NCBI RefSeq assembly: GCF_044704955.1
Contig: NC_091991.1
Location: forward strand, 45,694,001 to 45,758,000
DNA: 64,000 nucleotides
Origin: Pristiophorus japonicus
Lineage: Eukaryota
Direction of reading: 5' to 3'
The notes beneath the pieces were generated by a model. That model was not told the origin of the DNA. It ran no database searches and saw nothing but the letters and a program-made list of their open reading frames with translations. How positions within the stretch are numbered: position 1 is the first letter of the stretch; every line of letters begins with the position of its first letter. Below, piece by piece: positions 49,672 to 63,339 of this stretch. A program made the translations under genes and the position numbers.

Positions 49672-50564
49672 ATAACTTTGTTTTAAATAGGGGCATTATA
49701 GGCTTGCAATCAGAAATTTCATCGAACTAATTGTGTACCAGGTGTGTACAGTAATTTTCATACTGAAAAGGCTTGGCTTTCCATTTTCTCCAACCAATTT
49801 ATCAGAGGATCTGGGGCAGGAGAAGGTGGAAAGGCAGCTCGGGATGTGTATAGCTGTATCCCCACCACCCTGCTGCATTCCATTGGCTGGTTCTGGCAGC
49901 ACAAACCCCCCAGCCTTTGCCCCCATTAGACATGCAGAAAAGTTGAACACAGGTGCCTGTCACCCAGGATTCAGTGTCAGCGGAAGAGACACCAGGGTTG
50001 AACTGGAAGTGGGGCATGTGAATGTGATCTCAGACCAATGCCATGCACAGGCCCTACCAATAAAATGGAAAATGTATGTTTAAACAGTTTTATCAGTTGT
50101 CTATAAATCAAATTTATCATTTGAAGAGCAGTGTTGTTCCGTTATCCAAACTTTTTATGATATGAGAATCTATGTTATAAATGATTTTTACATCTGATTT
50201 ATTACCTGGATATTTGAACCACAACCATCAGTACGTCATAACCCAATAGAAGCAGATTTGTTGAGCCCGATTTTCCAGTGCTTTCTGAAATAATGTTCCC
50301 ACAAGCAGCAGTAAAACTGGGCTTAATGCAGCAAATTGACTATCAATGTTTTCAATGTGGGATCGGAGTTTGGGTAATGATATTTTCCCGGTTTCAGTCA
50401 TGGTTCCGGCAGAGTGGCGTTAAAGTCTCAGCAATGCTGTAACTTTAGCGCCGATAGTCATGGCGTTTGCCATTATTTCACCATAACTATGGCGCTATGG
50501 GCCAGCAAATTTCCTGCCATTGATTAGAATGCAGTTCTTTTTTAAAACTTAATGAGATAGATAG

Positions 50565-51025
50565 AAAGAAAGATTTGGATTTATATGGCGCCTTTCACAA
50601 CCTTGGGATGACCCAAAGTGCTTTGCAACCATCGAAGTAATTTTGAAGTGTAGTCACTGTTGTAATGTGGGAAACGTGGCATCCAATTTGCGCACAGCAA
50701 GCTCCCACAAACAGTAATGTGATAATGACCAGATCATCTGTTTTAGTGATGTTGATTGAGGGATCAATATTGACCAGAACACTGGGGATAACTCCCCTGC
50801 TCTTCTTCAAAATAGTGCTATGGGATCTTTTACATCCACCTGAGAGCAGACAGGGCCTCGGTTTAATATCTTATCTGAAAGATGGCACCTCCGACAGTCC
50901 AGCACTCCCTCAGCACTACACTGGAGTGTCAGCCTAGACTTTTGTGCTCAAGTCTCTGGAGTGGGACTTGAACCCACAACCTTCTAACTCAGAGGTGAGG
51001 GTGCTACCAACTCAGCCACAGCTGA
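50565..51025 (-). mobile_element. Near-complete Deu-domain tRNA SINE (SacSINE1-like)
   Basis: Head with A/B boxes (tggctgagttgg, ggttcaagtcc), Deu core gctgacactccagtgtagtgctgagggagtgctg, tail gcgccatataaatccaaatctttc. Confidence 0.88.
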
Positions 51026-51999
51026 GGTATGCTGGCAGTTTATAGTGCATTCAACTTTGATTTCTGCATTACACGTGCATTTCTGAGATTGGTAGCTTTG
51101 TCACTTTATTTTTGTCTGCGTGCGTGTGGTTGACATTGGTTTTATTTGCACTTGCTTGAGAGAATCTAATTGGAAAATTACTGATGGTTGTAAGTGAAAT
51201 CTAGAGCGGGGAGGGTGGGGGGTGTCGCGGAGAGGGACAGACAGGCAGCAATACTGTTAATGCACGCACAAAGGAGGTTCACTAATTGCTTGCTGAGCTT
51301 CTTTTGTTTACTCGTAACATTCCTGCAAAATTACAGGTCATGGAAATATGCTTATGAAGTAACAGCCCTGTAAAACCTTGCTGGCTATAATATGTCTCTT
51401 CAGCTCCTTTCAAAATCACATGCAATCTGGTGATAAAGATCAGAATGCAGGAGTCACAGCAGTAGGAAGAATGACTGGAAGAAGAACCGACACAGCAAAA
51501 AGAAGTCTGCACTCGAACCTTGAACATCTTTTTCAAAGACACAGTGCAGCAAACAGTAGAATAGAGTTCATAATATAAAGAGTACTGGTGTTTTAAATCT
51601 GGATTTTTTAATATAGAAACCACAGAATGGGAGCTAAGTGAAAATTGTATATTGCTATGATTTATAGAGTAGATTTTATGATCTTTACAAATCCCAGTCT
51701 CCTTTGAGGAAAATAACTCCAACTATCATTATCATGCTACTTGCAAGGCAATATAAAAGCAATTAATTGACCTGCAGATAACACAATAATACATGATGTT
51801 TCCAGGCAAAAGGAAACTCATATAGCAGCTAGATTCTGATGCTGGCATATTGAAGAGAAGAAGAAACACTGGATTCTGTCAAATAACTCATATTTTCCCA
51901 GAGCGCTCAGTAAAAGTCATTTACAAGCTGCTATCTCTACTTGTACCAGATGTCCAACACATAAGCTTGGATATTCCTCAAGCCACCTCAGGCAGGTTA

Positions 52000-52562
52000 G
52001 GGCTGGACTTCCACCCACTGCAACCGTGACCCTGACCCATTGTTCTGGAATGGAAATGTTTTGTTGCCAAGGAAGGGGTCCAACAGAATTCCCACAGCTA
52101 AGAGCCAAGTCCATCATTGCCAAGGGAGTAAAATACCAATGGTGTTGCAGCACCTGACGAGGAGGACGAGGGGGCAGAAAAGCATCGACTATCAGTGTTA
52201 AATTTTTGTTTGGGTCACAAACTGAGACCTTGATTCAGTGAATGGGCCCCTGTCTCTTCAAAGGGGACTCCAGCAGGCCTTCCACTGTTGCCCCCTAGTC
52301 CACTGCTACCCACCTCATGTTATCACAAGGACCAGTGATCTTCAGTCAGGGGAAATGGCTAGGTTGCTCGACCCCACTTACCTGCTGTCATTTACCTGCA
52401 ATGGGATGGTGAAGGGGTGGCCAGTAACCTTCTCTGCTGGGGTGGTGGGAGAAAGATATAGATCGGGTGGGGAGGTGGCAGTAAGCCTTCTGTCTGATCT
52501 TTCCACTATTTCCATGGTTATCCTGCTGAATTTGGAGTGAAATAGTACAAGAAAATCCAGGC
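52000..52562. mobile_element. Probable old GG..CC MITE
   Basis: gggctggacttcc ... gaaaatccaggc. Confidence 0.4.
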
Positions 52563-52844
52563 TCTGGTTTGTAATAAGTGCTTTAGGGGTTTAAGAACTT
52601 TTATTGACTATATTTTGAGAGAAAATGCAAAGTAAGGGAATTTTGCATGCTGATGTATAGCATCTTTTTTGTTTCATGGATTATGTTTAATTTGGACTTC
52701 TTGCCTGCAGCACTGCAAGCAACACTTGACCAGTGTTGAGATTTGCTTAGATCTAGTCTTTCAAATAATCAAGTTCAAGTGCAAACCAATAAGATGGGTA
52801 TATTGTATTTAATTGGAGTTTAAGATGGAATATAACACACTAGT

Positions 52845-55800
52845 TGTTATGTATGTAAACCTGTAATTACCATGTCTAACCACCAGAGGGCTTATCCGCT
52901 GGAGTCCCAAGGGATCCCACAATCCCTTGGGAGCCCCTGTATATCAGGAGGCCTCACAAGCTGCAGAGGCGCTCTGAGATCTGTAATAAAGGACTACGGT
53001 CACACTTACTTTGAGCTTGCAGTCTCTAGTCTGACTCTTTATTCAAGACATAACAACTGCCGATGAGATACAGATTACGAACCCAATGCAAAAATGCAGA
53101 GAACTGTGGGCATCCTGGAGAAATTTTCGGAGGGAGATGATTGGGAAACTTTCGTGGAGCGACTTGATCAATACTTCGTGGCCAACGAGCTGGAAGGAGA
53201 AGGGAACGCTGCTAAACAAAGGCCGATCTTCCTCACCGTTTGCGGGGCACCAACGTATGGCCTCATGAAAAATCTGCTCGCTCCAGCAAAATCTACAGAC
53301 AAGTCGTACAATGAGTTGTGCACACTGGTCTGGGAGCATTTAAACCCGAAGGAAAACGTTCTGATGGCGAGGTATCGGTTCTGCACGTACAAGATGTCTG
53401 AAGGCCAGGAAGTGGCGAGCTATGTTGCTGAGCTAAGGCGCTTTGCAGGATATTGCAAATTTGAAGAGCACTTGGAGCTTATGCTCAGGGACTTCTTTGT
53501 ACTTGACATTGGCCATGAAGTAATATTTCGCAAACTTTTGACTGTAGAGACCCCAACCTTGAGTAAAGCCATAGCGATAGCCCAGGCGTTTATCTCCACC
53601 AGTGACGATGCCAAACAAATTTCCCAGCACAATAGTGCTGCTGCAAATACTGTGAACAAAGTAACATTGTTTTCGAATTGAAATGCACCTGGCAGGACTT
53701 ACACGCCTGTAGCTGCACTTCCGCAGATGACTCAGAGTCCGCCATCAAGGGTGATGAATACAAGGCAATTAACACCTTGTTGGCGCTGCGAGGGTGATCA
53801 TCGATTCCATTCATGCCGCTTCAAAGGATACGTTTGCAAGGGTCGTGGAACAATGGGACACCTCCAACGTATGTGCAGGCGAGCTGCAAACCCTGCTAAT
53901 CCTGCAAACCACTATGTTACAGAGGAGGACAGATCCACAGTGGATCATGACGAACCAGAGCCTCAGACTGAGGAGGCAGAGGTATATGGGGTGCACACGT
54001 TTACCACAAAGTGTCCCCCAATAATGCTGAAAGTTGAATTCAATGGACTCCCGGTGTCCATGGAGCTGGACACGGGCACAAGCCAGTCCATAATGAGTAA
54101 AAAGACTTTTGATCAATTGTGGTGCAACAAGGCTTCAAGGGCCAGTCCTGACTCCCATTCATACCAAATTTAGAACGTACACAAAGGAACTGATTCCTGT
54201 AATTGGTAGTGCTACCGTAATGGTCTCCTACAATGGAGTGGTGCACGATTTACCACTCTAGGTGGTACCGGGCAATGGCCCCACGCTGTTCGGCAGGAGT
54301 TGGCTGGGAAAGAGACGCTGGAACTGGGACGATATCTGAGCGTTTTCGTCCGTTGGCGACACCTTATGTGCCCAGGTCCTAAGCAAGTTCCCTGCGCTGT
54401 TCGAACCAGGCATCAGGAAGTTCCAAGGAGCAAAAGTGCAGATTCATTTGATTCCGGGGATGTGACCCATCCATCACAAGGCAAGCGCGGTACCTTACAT
54501 GATGAGAGAGGGTGTGGAGATCGAGCTGGACAGGCTGCAATGAGAGAGCATCATTTCGCCGATCGAATTTGATGAGTGGGCTTGTCCGATTGTTCCAGTC
54601 CTCAAGGGAGACGGCACCATAAGAATCTGTTGTAATTACAAAGTAACTATCAATCATTTCTCACTGCAGGATCAATACCCGCTACCAAAGGCAGACGACC
54701 TATTTGCGACGCTGGCGGGAGGGAAGATGTTCACGAAGCTGGACTTGACCTCGGCCTACATGACGCAGGAGCTGGAGGAATCTTCGAAAGGTCTCACCTA
54801 CACCAACACGCACAAAGGTCTTTTCATTTACAACAGATGCCCGTTTGGGATTCGATCAGCCGCGGCGATATTCCAGAGGAACATGGAAAGCTTGCTGAAG
54901 TCGGTCCCCGCGCCGTTGTCTTTCAGGACGACATCTTGGTTACAGGTCGGAACACCGTCGAGCACCTGCAGAACCTGGAGGAAGTTCTTAGTCGGCTTAA
55001 TTGTATGGGGCTCAGGCTAAAACGCTCGAAGTGCGTTTTCCTGGCACCTGAAATGGAGTTCATGGGGAGCAGAATTGCGGCGGACAGCATCAGGCCCACT
55101 GATTCGAAGACGGAGGCAATCAAAAACGCAGCAAGACCACAGTACGTGACGGAGCTGCGGTCGTTTCTAGGACTCCTGAACTACTTTGGTAACTTCTTAC
55201 CGGGTCTTAGCACATTGTTAGAATCCCTGTACTCTTTACTGTGTAAAGGAGATGAATGGGTATGGGTTAAAAACCAAAAAAATGCCTTTGAGAAAGCTAG
55301 GAAGCTGTTATGTTCAAACCAATTGCTTGTGTTGTACGGTCCATGTAAACGTTTGGTACTAGCATGTGATGCAACAAGCTAATGAATTTGGGAAATTGCA
55401 ACTAGTTGCTTATGCATCCAGAAGTCTGTCTAAGGCCGAGAGGGCCTCTACAGTATGATCGAAAAAGAAGCGTTAGCGTGTGTTTACAGGGTAAAGAAAA
55501 TGCATCAATATCTGTTCGGGCTCAAATTTGAATTGGAAACCGATCATAAGCTGCTTATATCCCTGTTTTCTGAAAATAAGGGGGTAAATACGAATGCATC
55601 GGCCCACATCCAGAGATGGGCGCTCACGTTGTCTGCATACAACTATGCTATCCGTCACAGGCCAGGCAGAGAAAACTGTGCCGATGCTCTCAGTAGGCTG
55701 CCATTGCCCACCACCGGGGTAGAGATGGCACAGCCTGCAGATTCAGTTATGGTAATGGAAGCATTTGAGAGTGAGCAATCACCTGTTACCGCCCGACAGA

Positions 55801-57349
55801 TTAGAACCTGGACAAGCCAGGACCCCTTACAGTCCTTAATAACAAAACTGTGTGCTCCATGGGAGTTGGTCTAGTGTCCCGTTAGAGATGCAGGAAGAAA
55901 TGAAGCTGTACCGGCGGCGCAAAGATGAAATGTCTATACAGGCAGACTGCCTCCTATGGGGTAATCGGGTAGTTGTGCCAAAAAAGGGCAGGGACACTTT
56001 CATTAGTGATCTCCACAGTACCCACCCAGGCATTGTAATGATGAAAGCTATAGCCAGATCCCGCGTGTGGTGGCCCGGTATCGATGCAGACTTAGAGTCC
56101 TGCAGGCACAAATGTAATACATGTTCCCAGTTAAGCAATGCACCCAGGGAGGCGCCACTAAGTTTATGGTCTTGGCCCTTCAAACCGTGGTCTAGGGTTC
56201 ACGTCGACCATGCAGGCCCATTCTTGGGAAAAATGTTTTTAGTGGTTGTAGATGCGTACTCCAAGTGGATTGAATGTCGGCAAGCACGTCCGCTGCCACC
56301 ATTGAAAGCCTACGGGCCATGTTTGCCACGCATGGCCTGCCTGATGTCCTTGTAAGTGACAATGGGCCATGCTTTACCAGTGCCGAATTCAAGGAATTCA
56401 TAACCCGCAATCGGGTCAAACATATCACGTCTGCCCCGTTTAAGCCAGCGTCCAACGGTCAGGCAGAACGAGCAGTTCAAACAATCAAAAAGGGTAACTG
56501 AAGGCTCATTGCAGACTCGCTTATCCAGAGTCCTGCTTAGTTACCGCACAGGACCCCGCTCGCTCATCGGGGTCCCTCCAGCTGAACTGCTCCTGAAAAG
56601 GGCACTTAAGACAAGTCTCTCATCAGTCCACCCTGATCTACATGAACAGGTAGAAAGCAGGCGGCTTCAACAGAATACATATCATGATCGCGCAAATGTG
56701 TCACGAGAAATTGAAGTAAATGAATCCTGTATTTGTGTTGAACTATGGACAAGGTCCCAAGTGGATTGCTGGCACTGTTTTGGCCAAAGAGGGGAGTAGA
56801 GTGTTTGTGGTCAAACTCGCAAATGGACTCACCTACAGAATACACTTGGACCAAACCAAACTCACATTTACGGACTATCCAGAACAATCCACAATAGACT
56901 CTACCTTTTCCGACCCTCCAATACACACACAAGTGGCAACTGACCCAGCGGTTGACCACGAAGCAGAACCCATCACCCCCAGCAGTCCAGCAAGGCCAGC
57001 TGCGCAGCAGCCCAGCGAAGGCCCAACAAATGACTCACCAGCACCAGCATTTGCACCTAGATGATCAACCAGGGAAAGGAAGGCCCCAGATCGACTCACA
57101 TTGTAAATAGTTACACTCTTGACTTTGAGGGGGAGTGTTGTTATGTATGTAAACCTGTAATTACCATGTCTAACTACCAGAGGGCTTATCCCCTGGAGTC
57201 CCAAGGGATCCCACAATCCCTTGGGAGCACCTATATATAAGGAGGCCTTACAGGCTGGAGAGGCACTCTGAGATCTGTAATAAAGGACTACGGTCACACT
57301 TACTTTGAGCTTGCAGTATCTAGTCTGACTCTTTATTCAAGACATAATA
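52845..57349 (+). mobile_element. Full-length, mutated Ty3/Gypsy (Mag-like) LTR retrotransposon, copy 2 (different LTR subfamily)
   Basis: TSD CTAGT (52840-52844 and 57350-57354); 211-bp LTRs 52845-53055 and 57139-57349 (about 11 mismatches by eye); degenerate PBS tgccgatgag; PPT gagggggag. Confidence 0.98.
53094..57105 (+). pseudogene. Gypsy gag-pol with multiple stops, frameshifts and small deletions
   Basis: DWETFVERL, CWRCEGDH..C, LDTGTS, KLDLTSAY, FQDD, ETDHK, WWPGIDADLESC, SDNGP, AERAVQT. Confidence 0.96.
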
Positions 57350-57492
57350 CTAGTTATACAACAAAAACATACGACTGTGACAAGTAGCTGGTACCGAACC
57401 CAATCGGACAGACGGCTGGCATATGCAAACAACTCTTCTGATTCGTTCTCCTTCTTACATAGGATATATGGCACAGAAACAGAGAAACATAT

Positions 57493-60400
57493 TCATAGAA
57501 ACATAGAACATAGGTGCAGGAATAGGCCATTTGGCCCTTTGAGCATGCACCACCATTCAATAAGATCATGGCTGATCATTCCCTCAGTAGCCCTTTCCTG
57601 CTTTCTCTCTATACCCCTTGAACCCCTTAGCCGTAAGGGCCATATCTAACTCCCTCTTGAATATATCCAATGAACTGGCATCAACAACTCTCTGCGGCAG
57701 AGAATTCCATAGGTTAACAACTCTCTGAGTGAAGAAGTTTCTCCTCATCTCAGTCCTAAATGGCCTACCCCTTATCCTAAGCCTATGTCCCCTGGTTCTG
57801 GACTTCCCCAACATCGGGAACATTCTTCCCGCATCTAACCTGTCCAGTCCCGTCAGAATCTTATACATTTCTATGAGATCCCCTCTCATCCTTCTAAACT
57901 CCAGTGAATAAAGGCCCAGTTGATCCAGTCTCTCCTCATATGACAGTCCGGCCATCCCTGGAAATCAGTCTGGTGAACCTTCGCTGCACTCCCTCAATCG
58001 CAAGAATGTCCTTCCTCAGATTAGGAGACCAAAACTGAACACAATACTCCAGATGAGGCCTCACTAAGGCCCTGTACAACTGCAGTAAGACCTCCCTGCT
58101 CCTATACTCAAATTCCCCAGCTATGAAGGCCAACATACCATTTGCCTTCTTCACCTCCTGCTGAACCTGCATGCCCACTTTCAATGACTGATGAACCATG
58201 ACACCCAGGCCTCGTTGCACCTCCCCTTTTCCTAATCTGCCACCATTCAGATAATATTCTGCCTTCATGTTTTTGCCCCCAAAATGGATAACCTCACATT
58301 TATCCACATTATACTGAATCTGCCATGCATTTGCCCACTCACCTAATCTGTCCAAGTCACCTTGCAGCCTCATAGCATCCTCCTCACAGCTCACACCGCC
58401 ACCCAGTTTAGTGTCATCCGCAAACTTGGAGATATTACACTCAATTCCTTCATCTAAATTGTTAATGTATATTGTAAAGAGCTGAGGTCCCAGCACAGCC
58501 CTGCGGCACTCCACTAGTCACTGCCTGCCATTCTGAAAAGGACTCGTTTATCCTGACTTTCTGCTTCCTGTCTGCCAACCAGTTCTCCATCCATGTCAGT
58601 ACATTACCCCCAATACCATGCGCTTTGATTTTTCACAGCAATCTCTTGTGCGGGCCCTTGTCAAAAGCCTTTTAAAAGTCCAAATGCACCATATCCACTG
58701 CTTCTCCCTTGTCCACTCTGCTAGTTACATCCTCAAAAAATTACAGAAGATTCGTCAAGCATGATTTCCCTTTCATAAATCCATGCTGACTTGGTCTGAT
58801 CCTGTCACTGCTTTCCAAATGCGCTGCTATTTCATCTTTAATGATTGATTCCAACATTTTCCCCACTACTGATGTCAGGCTAACCGGTCTTTTCTTACCC
58901 GTTTTCTCTCCTTCCTTTTTTAAGCAGTGGTGTTACATTAGCTACCCTCCAGTCCATAGGAACTGATCCAGAGTCGATAGACTGTTGGAAAATGATCACC
59001 AATGCATCCACTATTTCTGGGGCCAGTTCCTTAAGTACTCTGGGATGCAGACTATCAGGCCCCGGGGATTTATCGGCCTTCAATCACATCAATTTCCCAA
59101 ACACAATTTCCTGCCTAATAAGGATATCCTTCAATTCCTCCTCCTCACTATACCCACTGTCCCCTAGTACATTCGGAAGGTTATTTGTGTCTTCCTTCGT
59201 GAAGACAGAACCAAAGTATTTGTGCAATTGGTCTGCCACTTCATTGTTCCCCATTATAAATTCACCTGAATCCGACTGCAAAGGACCTACGTTTGTCTTC
59301 ACTAATCTTTTTATCTTCACATATTTATAGAAGCTTTTTTTGCAGTCAGTTCTTATGTTGCCTGCAAGCTTCCTCTCGTACTTTATTTTCCCCCTCTTAA
59401 TTAAACCCTTAGTCCTCCTCTGTTGAATTCTAAATTTCTCCCAGTCCTCCGGTTTGTTGCTTTTTCTAGCCAATTTATATGTCTCTTCCTTGGCTTTAAC
59501 ACTATCCTTAATTTCCCTTGCTAGCCATGGTTGAGCCACTTTCCCCGTTTTATTTTTACTCCAGACAGGGATGTACAATTGTTGAAGTTCATCCATGTGA
59601 TCTTTAAATGTTTGCCATTGCTTATCCACCGTCAATCCTTTAAGTATCCTTTGCAGTCTATTCTAGCCAATTCACACCTCATATCGTTGAAGTTACCTTT
59701 CCTTAAGTTCAGGACCCTAGTTTCCGAATTAACTGTGTCACTCTCCTTCTTAATAAAGAATTCTACCATATTATGGTCACTCTTCCCCAAGGGGCCTCGC
59801 ACAACAAGATTGCTAATTAGTCCCTTCTCATTACACATCATCCAGTCTAGGATGGCCAGCTCTCTAGTTTGTTCCTCGACATATTAGTCTAGAAACCATC
59901 CCTAATAAACTCCAGGAAATCCTCCTTCACTGCATTGCTGACAGTTAGCCCAATCAATATGTAGATTAAAGTCACCCATGATAACTGCTGTATCTTTATT
60001 GCACACATCCCTTATTTCTTGTTTGATGCTGTCCCCAACCTCACTACTACTGTTTGGTGGTCTGTACACAACACCCATTAACGTTTTCTGCCCTTTGGAA
60101 TTCCGCAGCTCCACCCATACCGATTCCACATCATCCAGGTTAATGCCCCTCCTTACTATTGCATTAATTTCCTCTTTAACCAGCAATGCCACCCTGCCTC
60201 CTTTTCCTCTCTGCCTATCCTTCCTAAATGTTGAATACCCTTGGATGTTGAGTTCCCAGCCTTGGTCACCCTGGAGCCATGTCTCCGTGATGCCAATTAC
60301 ATCATATCCGTTAACTGCTGTCTGCGTAGTTAATTCGTCCACCTTATTCTGAATACTCCTCGCATTGAGGCACAGAGCCTTCATGCTTGTCTTTTTAACA

Positions 60401-61095
60401 CACTTTGCCCCTTTAGAATTTTTCTGTAATGTGGCCTTTTTTGTTTTTTGCCTTGGGTTTCTCTGCCCTCCACTTTTACTTTTCTTCTTTCTATCTTTTG
60501 CTTCTGCCTCCATTTTATTTCCCTCTGTCTCCCTGCATAGGTTCCCATCCCCCTGCCATGTTAGTTTAACCCGTCCTCAAGAGCACTTGCAAACACTCCC
60601 TCTTAGACATTGGTTCCGGTCCTGCCCAGGTGCAGACCGTCTGGTTTGCACTGGTCCCACCTCCCCCAGAACCGGTTCCAATGTCCCAGGAATTTGAATC
60701 CCTCCCTCAAGCCACATATTCATCTGAGCTATCCTGCGATTCCTACTCTGACTAGCACGTGGCACTGGTAGCAATCCTAAGACCTTTGAGGTCCTACTTT
60801 TTAATTTAGCTCCTAGCTCCCTAAATTCGTCTCGTAGGACCTCATCCCGTTTTTACCTATATCGTTGGTACCTATATGCACCACGACAACTGGCTGTTCA
60901 CCCTCCCTTTTCAGAATGTCCTGCACCCGCTCCGAGACATCTTTGACCCTTGCACCAGGGAGGCAACATACCATTCTGGAGTCTTGGTTGCGGCCGCAGA
61001 AACGCCTATCTATCGAATCCCCTATCACTATAGCTCTCCCACTATTTTTCCTGCCCTCCTGTGCAGCAGAGCCACCAACGGTGCCATGAACTTGG
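57493..61095 (-). mobile_element. Near-full-length CR1 LINE: ORF1 SGNH esterase part, ORF2 APE endonuclease and RT, 3' tail; disrupted
   Basis: IGDS...PGARVKDV...HIGTND (SGNH); LNARSI, ITETWL, VYRPP, MGDFN (APE); FADDTK (RT); (TTCTATGT)n tail. Confidence 0.97.
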
Positions 61096-61248
61096 CTTCA
61101 TCCACATAACCATATATTTTTAAGTATCCCTAATTTCTAACACCAGTGACATGCAAATGTCGAATTCAATATCTTGCACACAAATAATGTGCACACTGGC
61201 ATTGTTATGTCTGACATTTGTAGAGGCCAGTCACCAGCTTTTATCCTG

Positions 61249-61354
61249 TTCTCAGTGTCTGGAATTTGTCAGGGGTTTCATACATCAGTCTGCATGAGTT
61301 CAAGGGCAAAGTCTTAGCTGATATCGGAATATACTGGCACACATGAGCAAAGCT
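61249..61354 (+). repeat. 106-bp unique-looking segment duplicated at 62205-62310
   Basis: Direct copies with one mismatch (tagct / taact). Confidence 0.97.
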
Positions 61355-61699
61355 TGTCATGTAATGAACAGAATCTCTGGTCTGGCTAATCAGCATCACA
61401 TGCCTGAAGGCCCTGATTTCAAAATACTACCTTGGAGAGATGTGGGAACTGCCAATTCTCATTAGACAATTTGCCATGGGTATTCAGAGTTCCATGTTTC
61501 TAAGATGTATTATTGACATTGACAAGCAAAAAAACATTGATTTGTTTTACATGAGCTTCCCGTGGTTCATTAGTAAACATTCATTCATTCTGCTAGGTTG
61601 TGAAGATCAAAATTCAACTTTGTAAATCCATCCTCATCCTAGTTCAGCTTTCCCTGCCTCATACCGGGGATTCTTTCTGGTTTTCATATCATCTTCCTC

Positions 61700-62496
61700 C
61701 CATTCTCCTAACGGGGCGCTAACTGGGTACAATGGCGTTTTCGCCCAGGGGAGGCATCTCCGAGGGAATTGCCCCGGCGGTTTGGGAGGCACCATCTCGG
61801 CAGCGCCGTGCATGATGATTAGTATCCCAGGCCAGCGCTCAACTACGATGACATAATCGCCGTGCTCGCCGGCCCTGTCCCGACCCCTTTGCGCACCGCG
61901 GGGAAAATTGCCCCTGGGGCAGCGAGGCTGGCGCGGGCGGATGTCAACGGCAGCTTCGCGGGTCGCAAAGCTGGCAGACATCTGAGGTCGGGACGTGCCT
62001 TAAAAGGGAGGCCTTTAGCGCCCCGGGCCGCCATTTTTATTTGTTGGCTGACTCTTGCGTCGGCCTGACAATGGCGGTCCTCACGTCGACCGGGCCGCCA
62101 TCGTGCAGCCCGGCACTCCGCCCCACGCTGGCCCGGTTGATCGCCTCCGTTGCCGGCCAGTGGCTGCCACCAAAGGGGCTGCAGAGTGCCTAGCGGCCCT
62201 CCCCTTCTCAGTGTCTGGAATTTGTCAGGGGTTTCATACATCAGTCTGCATGAGTTCAAGGGCAAAGTCTTAACTGATATCGGAATATACTGGCACACAT
62301 GAGCAAAGCTCGTGCCACACTGCCGCCCCGGGAGCGCCCCTTCAAGGAAGCAGAGCACCAGAGGCAGTGCTCTGCTTCATTTGAGAGGCGCACGGTTCAA
62401 TACTGTGTCGGAGGCGGGACCTCCGGGCCGGGCGCAGGAAGTCCCGGCCCCAGAAGATTACTGCCCCCTATTGCGGCAAAGGGCAATTTCCAGCCC
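61700..62496. mobile_element. MITE related to family C (left TIR lost) carrying the captured 106-bp segment
   Basis: Right TIR gggcaatttccagccc; internal similarity to the reverse complement of 44395-45049. Confidence 0.7.
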
Positions 62497-63339
62497 TATC
62501 GGTTCTTTAGTTATTAAAACCAATGACATTTGCGAGTTGGGTGGTCAACCATGAAGGGCACTTGTCCAAGTCGCCAGGGGCAGGACAAGGTCTACTTAAC
62601 TAGAAGTGATACCAATATACTGTAGGTAAACAGAACGCAACTAATTACAAAGGCTGGTATTTAAATATAAAAAGGAAATATTTAAATAAATGTATATTCA
62701 GAACCCTGGAATTTCAACTTCCACCCATTCTACCAGCATAAATTGAGCAACTGGAAACAGAAATTGGATGGGAGTTCTTTTAAGCTATAATTCTGCCCAC
62801 TTTGCACTGATTTAATTTTTCCTAGGGCAGGGGCCATCAGAAATGTCCATTTCAAAAATGAGTAGGAGCTCATTCGGGACATAATTTCTAAAGGACACCC
62901 TTGTGAAATAGGTGTGCTGTGTTGCTGGGGATTGGGGTGATGGCAGCCCATTAAGTAAATCAAATCTGCAACTTTTCAGTCATTTCTTGACCATTGTTGA
63001 TTTTTCTTTTTTAAAGTCTAGAATTGACTACATTTTACAAACATCAAAGGATATTCACCATGTGAAGGGTTAAAAGTATTTTCCCTGTCATGGACTGAAT
63101 ATCAGTGCGTGTGAAACTGAAGGAGTGCAGTTAGCAACATTTTCTTTTTAAAAATCATTTCAGAAACAAATTGAATAGCTTCCCGGAAATTGAACATCTA
63201 CAAAACAATAGCTGAGCCTGTGGAGAGTTAAGTATTGCTATTTACCAGCAGCACTCTTTATGATATGACTGTTGTTTACAGCATGTAAACTTCAGGAAAG
63301 CTCCAGCTGGCCTCAGCTCCCTATTTTAGATATGTTATA

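Noticed and set aside
51282-51722. 146-aa minus-strand ORF
   Set aside because: Non-ATG start, no domain or compositional signal of real coding sequence
60577-61028. SGNH hydrolase as a host or captured gene
   Set aside because: It is the known esterase domain of CR1 ORF1, in its normal position upstream of ORF2
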